Positions 39,673-40,742 of a stretch of 40,742 bases of DNA are shown here, piece by piece. Location of the stretch: the NCBI GenBank assembly GCA_051652765.1, contig JBOFUV010000099.1, positions 1-40,742 of the forward strand. Direction: 5' to 3'. A program made the translations under genes and the position numbers. The stretch comes from Microcoleaceae cyanobacterium. Its GTDB lineage: Bacteria; Cyanobacteriota; Cyanobacteriia; Cyanobacteriales; Microcoleaceae. Numbering within the stretch: position 1 is the first letter of the stretch; every line of letters starts with the position of its first letter. Below the pieces are notes generated by a model. It was not told the origin of the DNA and made no database searches. It saw only the letters and a list, made by a program, of their open reading frames with translations.

Positions 39673-39699
39673 GTGGTGCAAGTCTCTTGCCTGCACCAC
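39673..39699. terminator. Hairpin between convergent genes
   Basis: GTGGTGCA-N11-TGCACCAC; no strong U-tract. Confidence 0.4.
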
Positions 39700-39759
39700 A
39701 GCCCAACTTCTCACTAACTTCTCAATCCCCAACCTGAGCAGAAATCCCTAGAAACGGAT

Positions 39760-40398
39760 CTATTTATTCGGTTGAGGAGTCATTCGCAAATAGGGCTTGA
39801 TTTCCTCATAGCCCTTGGGAAATTTCTGCTTTAATTCCTCAGGATCTTTGAGTGAAGGAACAATCACACAATCCTCACCATCTTTCCAATCTGCTGGGGT
39901 TGCGACTTGGTGATTATCAGTGAGCTGCAAGGAATCAATCACCCGCAGAATCTCGTCAAAGTTTCGTCCTGTGCTGGGGGGATAGGTCAGGGTCAACCGG
40001 AGTTTTTTGCTTGGATCAATCACAAACACCGTTCGAACCGTGACTGCTGCATTTGCATTGGGATGAATCATGTCGTAGAGATCGGAGACTTTCCGGTCTG
40101 CATCCGCAATAATGGGGTAGTTTACTGTTGTGCGTTGAGTTTCGTTAATATCGCCAATCCAACCCTTGTGGGATTCGACATCATCCACACTGAGGGCAAT
40201 CACTTTAACATTGCGCTGATCAAACGCAGGCTTCAGCTTTGCTACCGTTCCCAATTCAGTTGTACAAACGGGGGTGTAGTCAGCCGGATGAGAAAATAAA
40301 ACTACCCAACTGTCACCTGCCCAGCTATAGAAGTCGATCTCTCCTTCAGAGGTCGCTTGAGTAAAGTTGGGAACAGTATCACCGAGTCGTAGTGTCAT
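39760..40398 (-). CDS. 1-Cys peroxiredoxin (Prx6 subfamily)
   Basis: FSHPADYTPVCTTELG, SVD, TVRTVFVIDP, YPPSTGRNFDEILR, VATPADW. Confidence 0.96.
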   Translation of the reverse strand: MTLRLGDTVPNFTQATSEGEIDFYSWAGDSWVVLFSHPADYTPVCTTELGTVAKLKPAFDQRNVKVIALSVDDVESHKGWIGDINETQRTTVNYPIIADADRKVSDLYDMIHPNANAAVTVRTVFVIDPSKKLRLTLTYPPSTGRNFDEILRVIDSLQLTDNHQVATPADWKDGEDCVIVPSLKDPEELKQKFPKGYEEIKPYLRMTPQPNK

Positions 40399-40742
40399 AG
40401 CTCAATTCCTATAATTCTGATGGGGAACACTTATTAATGGTCTCACAATATACCGGTTTTCCGAGCGGAATTTAGAGGTTCTTAAAACTTTGTATAATTT
40501 GACAGTGGCAGTGATGAGAACTAGCAACTATTATAGAAATTTCTACAGGTTTATAGAAACTTATAGAAACTTATATAAAGCTTTGGCAGTCAGGAGGGCA
40601 AACGTTTGCTAGTCTTACTCAGTCAGTTAATTCAGGCTATTCAGCTCATCTTAGTTCCCTTTTGTTTGGTGATGGCTTGGGGCTTGATCGTGTTAATTTT
40701 CTGGAACTTGGGGTTGGCGATCGCTGATACTGTGCGTCGAGC

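Larger units (their letters stand above)
1010..40724. repeat. HIP1 octamer GCGATCGC dispersed through the window
   Basis: About 29 copies counted by eye (e.g. 1010, 2171, 2331, 2421, 5952, 7782, 8561, 21151, 34091, 40717); fewer than one expected by chance. Confidence 0.95.

Noticed and set aside
39907..40299. 130-aa ORF opposite the peroxiredoxin
   Set aside because: Antisense shadow.
40640..40742. 3' end of a minus-strand gene entering from the right edge
   Set aside because: All three frames are open for only 15-35 codons, so no frame can be chosen.

Overview
Chromosomal segment of a HIP1-rich cyanobacterium. GCGATCGC was counted about 29 times by eye, and gene content plus repeat-filled spacers suggest a filamentous Oscillatoriales-type organism (inference). 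Housekeeping genes: bioF, a MATE exporter, folD, crtE, DUF212, clpC, rsfS, yqeK, an aldo/keto reductase, DUF1802, an M48 peptidase and a 1-Cys peroxiredoxin. A large cell-envelope block contains PPIase-HlyB-HlyD type I secretion, a GT-C-like membrane protein, rmlC-rmlD-rmlA, a GT2, a polysaccharide deacetylase fusion, a WcaI-like GT, and TPR and TPR-GT61 proteins. The most striking element is a self-contained three-gene operon just downstream of the clpC terminator (8932-10753, minus strand). It encodes a MazG-fold protein with an altered metal-ligand motif, a ParM/StbA-type actin-like ATPase, and a ParR-like ribbon-helix-helix protein ending in an amphipathic helix. No replication or mobility genes lie nearby, so it looks like a chromosomally domesticated ParMR (CorMR-like) cytoskeleton with an extra component. 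Other notable items: a perfect K-box upstream of clpC, an unusually long HlyD with Cys-rich inserts, a dispersed ~110-bp element in three copies, and locus-specific 10-24 bp tandem duplications in many intergenic spacers. No rRNA, tRNA, CRISPR array or transposase was seen. All calls come from motif recognition by eye; no database searches were run.
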